From Deltaproteobacteria bacterium (GTDB lineage Bacteria; UBA10199; JACPAL01), in the NCBI GenBank assembly GCA_016180855.1, contig JACPAL010000010.1, positions 118,988 to 182,987 of the forward strand: DNA of 64,000 bases, read 5' to 3'. The notes beneath the pieces are model-generated. The model worked only from the letters and a program-made list of their open reading frames with translations. It searched no databases and was not told the DNA's origin. Below are positions 1-8,430 of this stretch, one piece after another; within the stretch, counting starts at the first letter, position 1, and every line of letters starts with the position of its first letter. The position numbers were made by a program, and so were the translations under genes.

Positions 1-1555
1 CAAAGCGGCAAATATCAACGGCCGATCGGCAGGCGAGTTCGGGATGCCTCGGTTCCGGCAGCGGCACCCCAAAAACAGCCATCACGGCATCACCGATATA
101 CTTGTCCAGGAGACCTTTCTGATCCAGGATGATATCCGTGACCGGAGTGAGGTAGTTGTTGAGGAATTTTGATAGTACCTCCGGTGGGGTAGCCTCGACA
201 ATGCTGGTGAAGTCACGGATGTCGCTAAAAAAGATAGTTACTTCCTTTTTCTCGCCACCCAGGCGGATCTTGTCGGGATTTTTTGTGAGTTCCTGGATAA
301 CGTCAGGAGAAAGATAGTGCTGGAATGTTTCACTGATAAATTTCTTTTCTTTTTCCTCAGTCAAATAACGATAGAGTGTGGTTCCTCCGTAAACGAGAAA
401 CCCCGTAAAGAAAGGGTAGATATTCTGGAGAACCCACAGCTGTTTTAAGAAAAAGTAATGGAGCAGAATGGCTTGGGCCAGCGTGACGGCGAGGAAGAGG
501 GCAAATCCCGGCATTGCCCTGAGGCGGATACCGCCAAATCCAAGAATAAGACCAACCAGGAGGATTATAAGGCGGGACAAGAGGGTGGTCCACGAGTCTC
601 TTCGCAGGAGATCCCGCATCAGCAGGTTATCAATAATATTAGCCGCTACAACCACCGAGGGCATTGCTTGATCGATCGGTGTTGGTCTGGCATCTTCGAG
701 TCCATCGGCTGTGGCACCGATCAAGACGATTTTTCCTTGAAAATCGGTTGATTCCGTTCCTGCAATAACATCCGAAAAACTCTCCCTTGGGAAAACGGCG
801 AGAGGTCCCCTGAAGTGAGTCAAGAAATCCCCCTGCTCATCCAAGAAAAACTGATCCGAGAGAGGTTCCTGGTTTGATTTGCCTGCAGCGAGTGCCACCT
901 GAAGTGGAAGGGATGGGAAAATACGTTCCCGATAGGAGATGACCATCGGTGTCTTACGCAGCGTTCCGTCAGAGTCACCTACAAGGTTGAAAAAGCCTTG
1001 GCGGTGCCCGCCCGGTAGATTTGAAAACATCGGAAGAGTATCAAGAACACCGCTTGCCAAGCGCAGTTTGGAGGGTCTTTTGAGCAGCGATATGGCAGAA
1101 TTTTCCGTATTCCTGAAGTTTTCCTCCAGCTTCTCTTCGTGAAGCGCACTCTCTTCAAGCTTTTCTTTCTCGAGAAAGAGATAAAAACCCAAGTGGATAT
1201 TCGGATATTGATGGAAGACTCGTGCGAGTGCTTCATCGTTCTCTCTTCCCTGAAGCCCCTGAGAGGGTGAGGCAAAAAAGAGATCGGCCGCAATGACTCT
1301 CGCACCTTTTTGGGCTATTTTTTTGAACGCCTCACCAAAGATCGCCCTTGGCCAGGGCCAGCGTCCAATCTTCTGGATGCTCTTTTCATCGATCGTGACG
1401 AGTACAACTTTTCCCGAACTTTGGATCGCCTTTCGCAGTTCAAAATGGATATCGTACAATTTTCCTTCAAGAACCTCGAAGAAGGTCGGACGGAGGTAGG
1501 AAAGGAGGAGGCTGATCAGGGTCAGTCCAGCGGCGAGAAGCAATCCTTTTTTCAT
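1..1555 (-). CDS. CHASE2 sensor domain-containing class III adenylate/guanylate cyclase; partial, the C-terminus runs off the window start
   Basis: Manual reverse-strand translation from the ATG at 1555..1553 gives MKKGLLLAAGLTLISLL...WPWPR (CHASE2-like). TM segments follow, then FFSDIRDFTS...YIGDAVMAVFG (class III cyclase catalytic core). There is no stop before position 1. The gene is absent from the ORF track only because it is open-ended. Confidence 0.8.
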   Translation of the reverse strand, partial: MKKGLLLAAGLTLISLLLSYLRPTFFEVLEGKLYDIHFELRKAIQSSGKVVLVTIDEKSIQKIGRWPWPRAIFGEAFKKIAQKGARVIAADLFFASPSQGLQGRENDEALARVFHQYPNIHLGFYLFLEKEKLEESALHEEKLEENFRNTENSAISLLKRPSKLRLASGVLDTLPMFSNLPGGHRQGFFNLVGDSDGTLRKTPMVISYRERIFPSLPLQVALAAGKSNQEPLSDQFFLDEQGDFLTHFRGPLAVFPRESFSDVIAGTESTDFQGKIVLIGATADGLEDARPTPIDQAMPSVVVAANIIDNLLMRDLLRRDSWTTLLSRLIILLVGLILGFGGIRLRAMPGFALFLAVTLAQAILLHYFFLKQLWVLQNIYPFFTGFLVYGGTTLYRYLTEEKEKKFISETFQHYLSPDVIQELTKNPDKIRLGGEKKEVTIFFSDIRDFTSIVEATPPEVLSKFLNNYLTPVTDIILDQKGLLDKYIGDAVMAVFGVPLPEPRHPELACRSAVDICRF

Positions 1556-2391
1556 AAGGTTAAGGTGGTACCTTCCGAAGCGGCGAAACAGGTGAGCTTT
1601 TGTTTGGATCTTCGGATCAACTGGATAGCCTCCCTCTCCTTTTTCTTGAGAAGGTGATCTGAATGGAGGGGGTCATGATGATACAGGGCCAGCTGTTTCA
1701 CGTCGGCCTTCAGGGCGGTATGGACGGTATAGGAGGATGGGCTGTGTCCCCAACCTTGCTTTACCCGATATTCCTTTTCGAAGTACTGGGCATCCATGAT
1801 CAGGAGGTCGGCGTTGTGGGCCCAACGTGAAAGCTCTTTGTCGCTGATTCCACAACGATTGTGACAGGAGCGCGAGGGAGATTCATGATCGCTGACATAA
1901 ATGATTATTTTATGATCCGGTGTGACAATGCGGTATCCCAAGGCAAGGCCCGGATGGTTAAGCCAGCGGCTCTCAATCTGGTAGGGGCCAATTCTGAGTT
2001 TTTTCTCCTCAATCTCAATGACCCTCTTTTGGGCGGGCAGGATATGAAAGGGGAAAAGATTCTTGAGGGAGTGTCGCAGTCCGGGTGGTCCATAGATTCG
2101 GATCTTCCGGTTGATCTGGAGGATAGGCCCAAAAAAGGGGAGTCCGATAATATGATCCATGTGATTGTGACTGACAAGAACCGGAATTTCGCTTAAGCGT
2201 CCAAAATGGTTATCAGAATAGGTCAGCCCCAGCAAACGGATGCCCGACCCGCCGTCTAAGATGAGAGAATCTTCCCCATGACGAACCTCAACGCAGGAGG
2301 TATTTCCCCCATAGAGAACGGTGGCGGGTCCTGGTGACGGGATTGATCCGCGCGTTCCCCAAAACGTAACGGACGTGTTTCTCCCCCTCAT
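1552..2391 (-). CDS. MBL-fold metallo-hydrolase
   Basis: 279 aa with the HNHMDH (HxHxDH) metallo-beta-lactamase motif. Its TGA stop overlaps the cyclase ATG (ATGA), so the two are translationally coupled. Confidence 0.8.
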   Translation of the reverse strand: MRGRNTSVTFWGTRGSIPSPGPATVLYGGNTSCVEVRHGEDSLILDGGSGIRLLGLTYSDNHFGRLSEIPVLVSHNHMDHIIGLPFFGPILQINRKIRIYGPPGLRHSLKNLFPFHILPAQKRVIEIEEKKLRIGPYQIESRWLNHPGLALGYRIVTPDHKIIIYVSDHESPSRSCHNRCGISDKELSRWAHNADLLIMDAQYFEKEYRVKQGWGHSPSSYTVHTALKADVKQLALYHHDPLHSDHLLKKKEREAIQLIRRSKQKLTCFAASEGTTLTL

Positions 2392-2470
2392 ACTTGAGGG
2401 GCCATTCTACTAGAATTATGTTTCTTTGACAAAGAATCTTCTTTAAGGCCTCTCCAAAGCAATCTTGGGA

Positions 2471-2506
2471 TTGACAGGCGGCTTCGATAATTAATATAGC
2501 CACTTA
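2471..2506 (+). promoter_or_regulatory. Candidate sigma70-type promoter for the nuo operon
   Basis: TTGACA, a 15-17 nt spacer, then TAATAT/ATATAG, about 20-50 nt upstream of nuoA. The RBS AAGGAGAGG sits 5 nt before the ATG at 2525. The MBL/cyclase operon is divergent from this promoter. Confidence 0.4.
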
Positions 2507-2524
2507 CCCAAGGAGAGGTGCTGT

Positions 2525-2962
2525 ATGCTGTTTAACTTTGCAAATATATTGGCTTTTTTCGCTATTGGCTTGGGATTTGTCTTTGTTTCGTTGCTTCTCA
2601 GTCGTTTTTTAAGCCCCCGTGTTCCTTTCAGGGAGAAGCTTGCGACGTACGAATGTGGAGAGATCCCGACCGAGGGGGGGAGGATCAATTTCAACATCCG
2701 TTTTTATATTATTGCGCTGGTTTTTATTGTCTTTGATGTTGAGATTGCGTTTATGTTTCCGGTCGGAACCATCTTCAGGGAGTGGGTACAGCAGGGACGT
2801 GGGTTGGTTGCCTTTGTTGAGATTGCCCTCTTCATTTTGATCCTCCTTCTCGGGTTGGTGTATGTCTGGCGGAAGGGGGACTTTGAGTGGATGAAACAGG
2901 TTGTCACTGAAGATCGATCGCAAGGGATGGAGATTGTTCCCAAGGCGAGTCGCGTGCCTTAG
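2525..2962 (+). CDS. nuoA: NADH-quinone oxidoreductase subunit A
   Basis: 145 aa with a three-TM NuoA/ND3 pattern (ECG..., FDVEIAFMFP). It carries a C-terminal extension of about 20 aa. Confidence 0.9.
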   Translation: MLFNFANILAFFAIGLGFVFVSLLLSRFLSPRVPFREKLATYECGEIPTEGGRINFNIRFYIIALVFIVFDVEIAFMFPVGTIFREWVQQGRGLVAFVEIALFILILLLGLVYVWRKGDFEWMKQVVTEDRSQGMEIVPKASRVP

Positions 2963-2982
2963 GGTGAGGTGGGTGTAAGGTT

Positions 2983-3486
2983 ATGTTTACTTTAAAAAAC
3001 AAGATTCCGGAGAATGTCGTCACCGCGCAGGTTGATAATCTTCTTAATTGGGGCCGAAAGTCGTCTCTTTGGTACATGCTCTTTGGCCTTGCCTGTTGTG
3101 CGATTGAAATGATGCAGACGGGAGGACCTCGCACGGATCTCGATCGTTTTGGGGCGGTTCCACGCGGATCTCCGCGACAGTCCGACCTCATGATCGTCGC
3201 CGGAACGCTTACCTACAAAATGGCGCTTCGGACCAAGATTCTCTACGACCAGATGCCAGAACCGAAGTATGTAATCTCCATGGGGAGTTGTGCCAACTGT
3301 GGTGGCCTCTTTCAGCCGGCTTATTCTGTGGTCAAAGGGGTCGACAAGATTATTCCGGTTGATGTCTATATTCCCGGTTGTCCTCCACGCCCCGAGGCGC
3401 TGGCAGAGGGACTCTTAAAGATTCAGGAGAAGATGATGCGTGAGAAGTTTCTGTTACGGGACAAAAGGATCTCATCCGCCGCATAG
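2983..3486 (+). CDS. nuoB: NADH-quinone oxidoreductase subunit B
   Basis: [15 protein letters not shown] and GCPPRP, the N2-cluster motifs. Confidence 0.92.
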   Translation: MFTLKNKIPENVVTAQVDNLLNWGRKSSLWYMLFGLACCAIEMMQTGGPRTDLDRFGAVPRGSPRQSDLMIVAGTLTYKMALRTKILYDQMPEPKYVISMGSCANCGGLFQPAYSVVKGVDKIIPVDVYIPGCPPRPEALAEGLLKIQEKMMREKFLLRDKRISSAA

Positions 3487-3495
3487 GATTTTATC

Positions 3496-4020
3496 ATGAA
3501 CACCGAAGAGATTTATCAAAGGCTCGCCCCAAAGTACCCCGATGAGAAAATGGAGCTCACGGCTGGTGCGAAACTGCCGGTCACGGGCGTTCAGACAGGA
3601 GACCCTTTCATCGTCATACCGGTTAACAGGCTTCTCGATCTCATGCAGAGTTTGAAAAACGAGAAATTGTTTTCATTTGATTGTCTCTCCAGCTTGACCG
3701 CGGTTGATCGGCTCAAGGAGGGCCGCTTCGAGGTCGTTTATCATCTATTTTCCTATCAGCATCGACATCGGGTTACGCTCAAGGTCTATCTGCCACGTCA
3801 GGAGGATGCCCATCTTCCGACGGTGGAGGGGCTCTGGTCTTGTGCCAACTGGTTGGAAAGGGAGGTCTTTGATCTTTTCGGAATCCGTTTTGACTCTCAC
3901 ACCGACCTTCGAAGAATTATGCTGCCGGACGACTGGGTAGGGCATCCATTAAGAAAAGACTATAAGGAACAGGAAGATTACCATGGGATCAGCACAACGA
4001 GGCCACCCCTTATTTTATGA
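3496..4020 (+). CDS. nuoC: NADH-quinone oxidoreductase subunit C
   Basis: ERExFDLFGIxF and GHP, the 30-kDa subunit signature. Confidence 0.9.
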   Translation: MNTEEIYQRLAPKYPDEKMELTAGAKLPVTGVQTGDPFIVIPVNRLLDLMQSLKNEKLFSFDCLSSLTAVDRLKEGRFEVVYHLFSYQHRHRVTLKVYLPRQEDAHLPTVEGLWSCANWLEREVFDLFGIRFDSHTDLRRIMLPDDWVGHPLRKDYKEQEDYHGISTTRPPLIL

Positions 4021-5138
4021 GTGAACTTCATACACAGGAAATGCTGTTAAACATGGGCCCGCAGCACCCCTCCACCCATGGAGTGATTCGATTTGTGGTC
4101 AAGACAGATGGTGAGGTGATGAGCACGGCCATTCCGGATGTTGGTTATTTGCACCGCTCCATTGAAAAGATCGCTGAAAAGGCAACCTATCATGGTTTTA
4201 TGCCCTGGACCGACCGGGTTGATTATCTCGCTGCGATGAACTGCAACTATACCTATGCCCTGGCGGTTGAAAAACTTTCGGGTATCGAGACGAGTCGTCG
4301 GGCAGAATATCTTCGTGTTATCTCGATGGAGTTAAATCGTATCATTTCCCATCTCCTGGCGGTTGGGGCGCTCGGTATGGATGTTGGGGCCTATACGCCG
4401 TTTATCCACGGTCTGCGTGAAAGGGAGAAGGTCAATGATCTTATTGAAGAACTTTGCGGGCAGCGCTTGACCTATAACTATGCACGGGTCGGTGGGGTGA
4501 TCTATGACATGCCGTCCGGATGGGCTGAAAAGGTATTGGCCTTTCTTGACCAGTTTGCACCGATGGTGGACGAGTTCAACCGTCTCCTCACCGATAACAA
4601 AATTCTGAAAAACCGATTGGGTGGGATTGGTGTTATCTCCAAGGAAGATGCGATCGCCTACAACCTGGTCGGCCCCAATTTGAGGGGCTCTGGCCTGAAA
4701 TGGGATCTTCGAAAGGATTTGCCGTATTCTGTTTATCCGGAGTTTGAATTTGATGTCCCGGTTGGTACCGGTGAGGCGGGAACGTTGGGGGATTGTTTTG
4801 ACCGCTACATGGTTCGCATTCGGGAGATGGGTGAATCGGTCAAGATCCTGCGGCAATGTTTTGAAAAGATTCCGTCCGAGGGGGAGCCGCAGGTGAAGGT
4901 GCCCAAAAAGATTCGTCCGCCGGCCGGGGAGATTTACGTCAGGACGGAGAGTACGCGGGGTGATTTGGGTTGTTATCTTGTGAGCGACGGGGGGGACAAG
5001 CCGTATCGCCTCAAATTCAGAGCGGGCTCCTTTAATGCGATGAGCATTGTGGAGAAGGTCAGTCGTGGGATGATGGTGGCTGATTTAATTGCGTTTATTG
5101 CAAGTCTCGATATTGTCGCACCGGAGATTGATAGGTAG
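4017..5138 (+). CDS. nuoD: NADH-quinone oxidoreductase subunit D
   Basis: [13 protein letters not shown], followed by ...YALAVEKL, ending in ...EIDR. This is the 49-kDa subunit and, as expected, lacks the hydrogenase Cys motifs. Confidence 0.92.
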   Translation: MSELHTQEMLLNMGPQHPSTHGVIRFVVKTDGEVMSTAIPDVGYLHRSIEKIAEKATYHGFMPWTDRVDYLAAMNCNYTYALAVEKLSGIETSRRAEYLRVISMELNRIISHLLAVGALGMDVGAYTPFIHGLREREKVNDLIEELCGQRLTYNYARVGGVIYDMPSGWAEKVLAFLDQFAPMVDEFNRLLTDNKILKNRLGGIGVISKEDAIAYNLVGPNLRGSGLKWDLRKDLPYSVYPEFEFDVPVGTGEAGTLGDCFDRYMVRIREMGESVKILRQCFEKIPSEGEPQVKVPKKIRPPAGEIYVRTESTRGDLGCYLVSDGGDKPYRLKFRAGSFNAMSIVEKVSRGMMVADLIAFIASLDIVAPEIDR

Positions 5139-5201
5139 TATCCCCTTCCCATCCCTCCCCTTAAGATTAAGGGGAGGGAGAGGGGGTGGGGATATGTTTT
5201 T
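5139..5201 (+). repeat. GC-rich palindromic hairpin between nuoD and nuoH
   Basis: CCCTCCCCTTAAGATTAAGGGGAGGG, with extended imperfect arms. Confidence 0.6.
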
Positions 5202-6410
5202 ATGCAACAACTGGCTGATAAATTGATTCAAATTATCCCCCATCCCGGATTTATTCCGGATGAGTATCTCTATGTCGGGATTCAATTGGCCTTTGCCCTT
5301 CTTGTTCTAATGCTCTTTGTCGCCCCGTTCGCCGGAATTGTCTCCTGGGTGGAGCGCCGCATTGCCGCGCGCATGATGGATCGAGTCGGTCCCAACCGTG
5401 TTGGCCCGCAGGGGTTTCTCCAATGGCTCGCGGATGGGATCAAATCGATCTTGAAAGAGGATATTGTGCCGACCGCCGCCGATCCGATTCTGTTTCGTTT
5501 AGGACCGTATCTGGTCTTTGTCGGGATGTTTATTGCGTTTGTTGTGGTTCCGTTCTCAAGCAAGTTGGTTATTGCTGATCTCAATGTCGGGATTTTTTAC
5601 CTCGTTGCAGTCACCTCGCTTGTGACCGTTGGCATCCTCATGAGCGGTTGGGGTTCCAACAACAAGTATTCATTGCTTGGAGGGATGCGTTCTGCGGCCC
5701 AGATTGTTGCCTATGAGATTCCTGCCGGGTTGGCGATCCTTGTGATTGTCTTTCTCTCAGGCAGTCTTTCCATGCAGGGAATTATTGCGGCCCAAGGGGC
5801 CTATCCATGGCAATGGTTTCTCTTTGACAATCCTTTTACACTCGTAACCTTCTTTCTCCTTTTTATTGCGGCCTTGGCCGAGGGGAACCGGGCCCCGTTT
5901 GACATGCCGGAGGCCGAGAGCGAACTCATCTCCGGTTATTCGACTGAATACAGCGGTATGCGTTTTGTTTTCTTCTATTTTGAAGAGTGGGCCAACATCT
6001 ATCTCATTGCCGCTGTCAGCACGACGCTCTTTCTTGGTGGATGGCAAATTCCACCGGCGGTGAGGGAGTGGGCAACGGCGATTCATGCACTCCTCCCCGA
6101 TCTGTTGGAATTCGTAACCTTCTTCCTCAAGGCGGCGGTCCTGATTTTTGTGGTGATCTGGGTCCGGTGGACGCTGCCCCGTGTTCGCGTAGACCAGCTG
6201 ATGATTCTTTGCTGGAAGTATCTTGTCCCTCTCGGGTTTGCCTGCGTGTTGGGGACGGGCCTCTGGATGTTGTTGTTCCCGACCGGTCTGCCGGTTGTTC
6301 GCTATCTCCTTGTCGGTGGGGCTGCGGTGACATTTGGTTATTTCTTTTATAGGGTTTGGTATCAGTTAAAGGCGGCAAGGGTGGAGATCCACCTTAATCC
6401 GTTTGTATAG
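5202..6410 (+). CDS. nuoH: NADH-quinone oxidoreductase subunit H, with an N-terminal extension of about 60 aa
   Basis: 402 aa polytopic membrane protein. NuoH/ND1 motifs: ...ERRIAARMMDRVGPNRVGPQG..., ...EGNRAPFD..ESEL..G...EY. Confidence 0.9.
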   Translation: MQQLADKLIQIIPHPGFIPDEYLYVGIQLAFALLVLMLFVAPFAGIVSWVERRIAARMMDRVGPNRVGPQGFLQWLADGIKSILKEDIVPTAADPILFRLGPYLVFVGMFIAFVVVPFSSKLVIADLNVGIFYLVAVTSLVTVGILMSGWGSNNKYSLLGGMRSAAQIVAYEIPAGLAILVIVFLSGSLSMQGIIAAQGAYPWQWFLFDNPFTLVTFFLLFIAALAEGNRAPFDMPEAESELISGYSTEYSGMRFVFFYFEEWANIYLIAAVSTTLFLGGWQIPPAVREWATAIHALLPDLLEFVTFFLKAAVLIFVVIWVRWTLPRVRVDQLMILCWKYLVPLGFACVLGTGLWMLLFPTGLPVVRYLLVGGAAVTFGYFFYRVWYQLKAARVEIHLNPFV

Positions 6411-6491
6411 CGCCCCCCCGACCCCCCTCTTAATGTAAGAGGGGGGAGTGGTAACAGTGATGTAAGTTTTGGGGGAGTTATGAGGAAATAG
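6411..6491 (+). repeat. GC-rich palindromic hairpin between nuoH and nuoI
   Basis: CCCCCCTCTTA-atg-TAAGAGGGGGG. 11-bp perfect stem. Confidence 0.6.
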
Positions 6492-6983
6492 ATGGAAGCA
6501 ATGATCGGCTACTTTAAAAATATTACCGATTCCACCTCCACCATCTTTGAGGGGATGGCGATTACCTTCTCGCATCTTTTTCGGAGACCCGTGACGATTC
6601 AATATCCGGACAAAATTCCTCGTCCGCTGGTTGAAACACTGCCGGAGAGGTCGAGGGGCTTCCTCAAGGTCGATATGGAGATCTGTACGGCCTGTCTGGC
6701 CTGCATGACGGATTGTCCGATCGACTGTATCAAGATTGTGACGGAGAAGGAGGCCGGATCAAAAGAGAGATTGCTCACACAGTTTGATATCGATCTGGGC
6801 AAGTGCATGTATTGCGGTCTTTGTACGGAGCCTTGTCCTACAGGGGCGATTCATTTCACGCGTCAGTTTGAAAGAGCAACCGAAAATTTGTCGGATCTTG
6901 TTTTTAAATTTGTGCCTGAGGGGCAGAGGATTGTCCCGTACAAGGCCCCGACGAAGGAGAAGGAAGATGCCACCGCTGCCTGA
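6492..6983 (+). CDS. nuoI: NADH-quinone oxidoreductase subunit I (2x[4Fe-4S])
   Basis: CTACLACMTDCP and CMYCGLCTEPCP. Confidence 0.92.
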   Translation: MEAMIGYFKNITDSTSTIFEGMAITFSHLFRRPVTIQYPDKIPRPLVETLPERSRGFLKVDMEICTACLACMTDCPIDCIKIVTEKEAGSKERLLTQFDIDLGKCMYCGLCTEPCPTGAIHFTRQFERATENLSDLVFKFVPEGQRIVPYKAPTKEKEDATAA

Positions 6984-7476
6984 AATAAAGAGCCTTCTCT
7001 TTCTGGGGCTCGCTTCTTTTACGCTTGTCTCTGCCTGTGTCGTCACTTTTTCACGAAATATCGTTTACTCCGGCTTCTCTTTATTGGGGACCTTTGCAGG
7101 AGCGGCGGGTCTCTTTGTTCTGCTCTCCTCCGATTTTGTGGCGGTAACCCAGGTTCTGATCTACGTCGGCGGTATCCTCGTCCTTGTCCTGTTTGCGATC
7201 ATGCTGACAGAAAAGGTTGGCGTCATCAGGCTCACCAATGTCTCCGCCAATTACAAGGTGGCGGTCCCTCTGGTTGGACTCTTTCTCGTGATGCTGCTTT
7301 CGCTTCTAAAGAAAGGGGAGTGGGTTCTGATGAGTCAGGAAAGTTATCAATCGATGGTCAAGCCGATCGGCGAGGCGTTGCTCACCAAGTATCTATTGCC
7401 GTTTGAGGTCGTTTCGATTGCGTTGTTGGGGGCGTTGGTAGGGGCCGTGGTGATTGTGAAGAGGGCGGTGAAATGA
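6967..7476 (+). CDS. nuoJ: NADH-quinone oxidoreductase subunit J
   Basis: Start at the internal ATG at 6967 (MPPLPEIK...). It overlaps the nuoI end by 17 nt. About five TM helices. The track start at 6784 would lie inside nuoI. Confidence 0.8.
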   Translation: MPPLPEIKSLLFLGLASFTLVSACVVTFSRNIVYSGFSLLGTFAGAAGLFVLLSSDFVAVTQVLIYVGGILVLVLFAIMLTEKVGVIRLTNVSANYKVAVPLVGLFLVMLLSLLKKGEWVLMSQESYQSMVKPIGEALLTKYLLPFEVVSIALLGALVGAVVIVKRAVK

Positions 7477-7561
7477 GTCCCCTCACCCCAATAGCTCTCT
7501 CCCTTCGACGGGAGAGAGGAGTTGGATTCGATAGTGTCGTTACGAGAGAGGGTGGAGAAAA
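7477..7561 (+). repeat. Palindromic hairpin between nuoJ and nuoK
   Basis: CTCTCTCCC-ttcgac-GGGAGAGAG. Confidence 0.55.
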
Positions 7562-7870
7562 TTGATGGTTACATTACAATCTTACCTGATAGTCACATCG
7601 ATTCTCTTCTGCTTAGGTCTCTACAATGTCATCACGCGAAAAAATGCGGTTGGAATCCTCATGGGGGTAGAGCTGATTTTGAACGCCGCCTCCCTCAATA
7701 TGGTTGCCTTCTCCCATTTCAACGGCAACGATGTCGCCGGGAATATCTTTTCGCTCTTTATCATCGTTCTTGCTGCGGCCGAGGCGGCCGTTGCGCTCGC
7801 CATTGTCGTTTCGATCTATCGCCAGTTCCATACGATTGATGCGGAAGAGGCGACAACACTGAAAGGTTAG
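7562..7870 (+). CDS. nuoK: NADH-quinone oxidoreductase subunit K
   Basis: 102 aa, three TM helices, and the GVELILNAASLN motif. Confidence 0.9.
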   Translation: MMVTLQSYLIVTSILFCLGLYNVITRKNAVGILMGVELILNAASLNMVAFSHFNGNDVAGNIFSLFIIVLAAAEAAVALAIVVSIYRQFHTIDAEEATTLKG

Positions 7871-7876
7871 CCTTCA

Positions 7877-8359
7877 ATGAGTGCCATTGATTCTGTCCAA
7901 CTCTATACCTCTACAGGGCTCGGTTTTAGGCGCGATGGGGATGTCGCCCATCGTCCCTCCATGGGGGCGGGGGTTTCGTTTACTTTGCTGGAAGATCGGT
8001 TGGCGATTCCGGTGAATATCCATGCGGATCGTCTCCGACTTGGCACAGGTGGAATCGGGGGTGGTATTTGGGGATTGGGAGGGGACCTCTCCGGAAGGAT
8101 CTATTTGGGCAAGGCAAAATACCTGGGGACGATGAGCCTCGACCTTGGTCTCAAGGTTGATAATCTGATTGGAGAGGGGCAAACTGCCGTTGGTTTGACC
8201 CCTTTTGGCCGCATCGGTTTTCATAGGGACAAGGTGAATCTTGAAGGAGGGGTGTTGGCCTACAGCGGTCGTGAAGATATGAAGGCCGGACGCGGTTTTA
8301 TCATGATCAATGTAAATGCCTTGGCACTGGGTCAGGCGATTCTCAGAGAACCTCGTTAA
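7877..8359 (+). CDS. Hypothetical Gly-rich, beta-strand-rich protein inserted in the nuo operon
   Basis: 160 aa. No TM helix, no signal peptide, no recognisable motif. Same reading frame as nuoK, separated from it by a single TAG plus 6 nt. Confidence 0.5.
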   Translation: MSAIDSVQLYTSTGLGFRRDGDVAHRPSMGAGVSFTLLEDRLAIPVNIHADRLRLGTGGIGGGIWGLGGDLSGRIYLGKAKYLGTMSLDLGLKVDNLIGEGQTAVGLTPFGRIGFHRDKVNLEGGVLAYSGREDMKAGRGFIMINVNALALGQAILREPR

Positions 8360-8430
8360 TTATTGGAAAAAGCAATCTCCTTGACCTGGGGGATCTGTTT
8401 TTGTAGCGTGCCGTTCCTAAAATTCCTTTT

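Noticed and set aside
6784-6966. Track start of nuoJ
   Set aside because: It lies inside nuoI. The Arg-rich translation is an out-of-frame artefact, and the true start is the ATG at 6967.
5139-7561. CRISPR-like interpretation of the repeated GC-rich palindromes
   Set aside because: The three copies have different sequences, irregular spacing and no spacer/repeat periodicity. They sit in operon spacers, so they are REP- or hairpin-like, not CRISPR.
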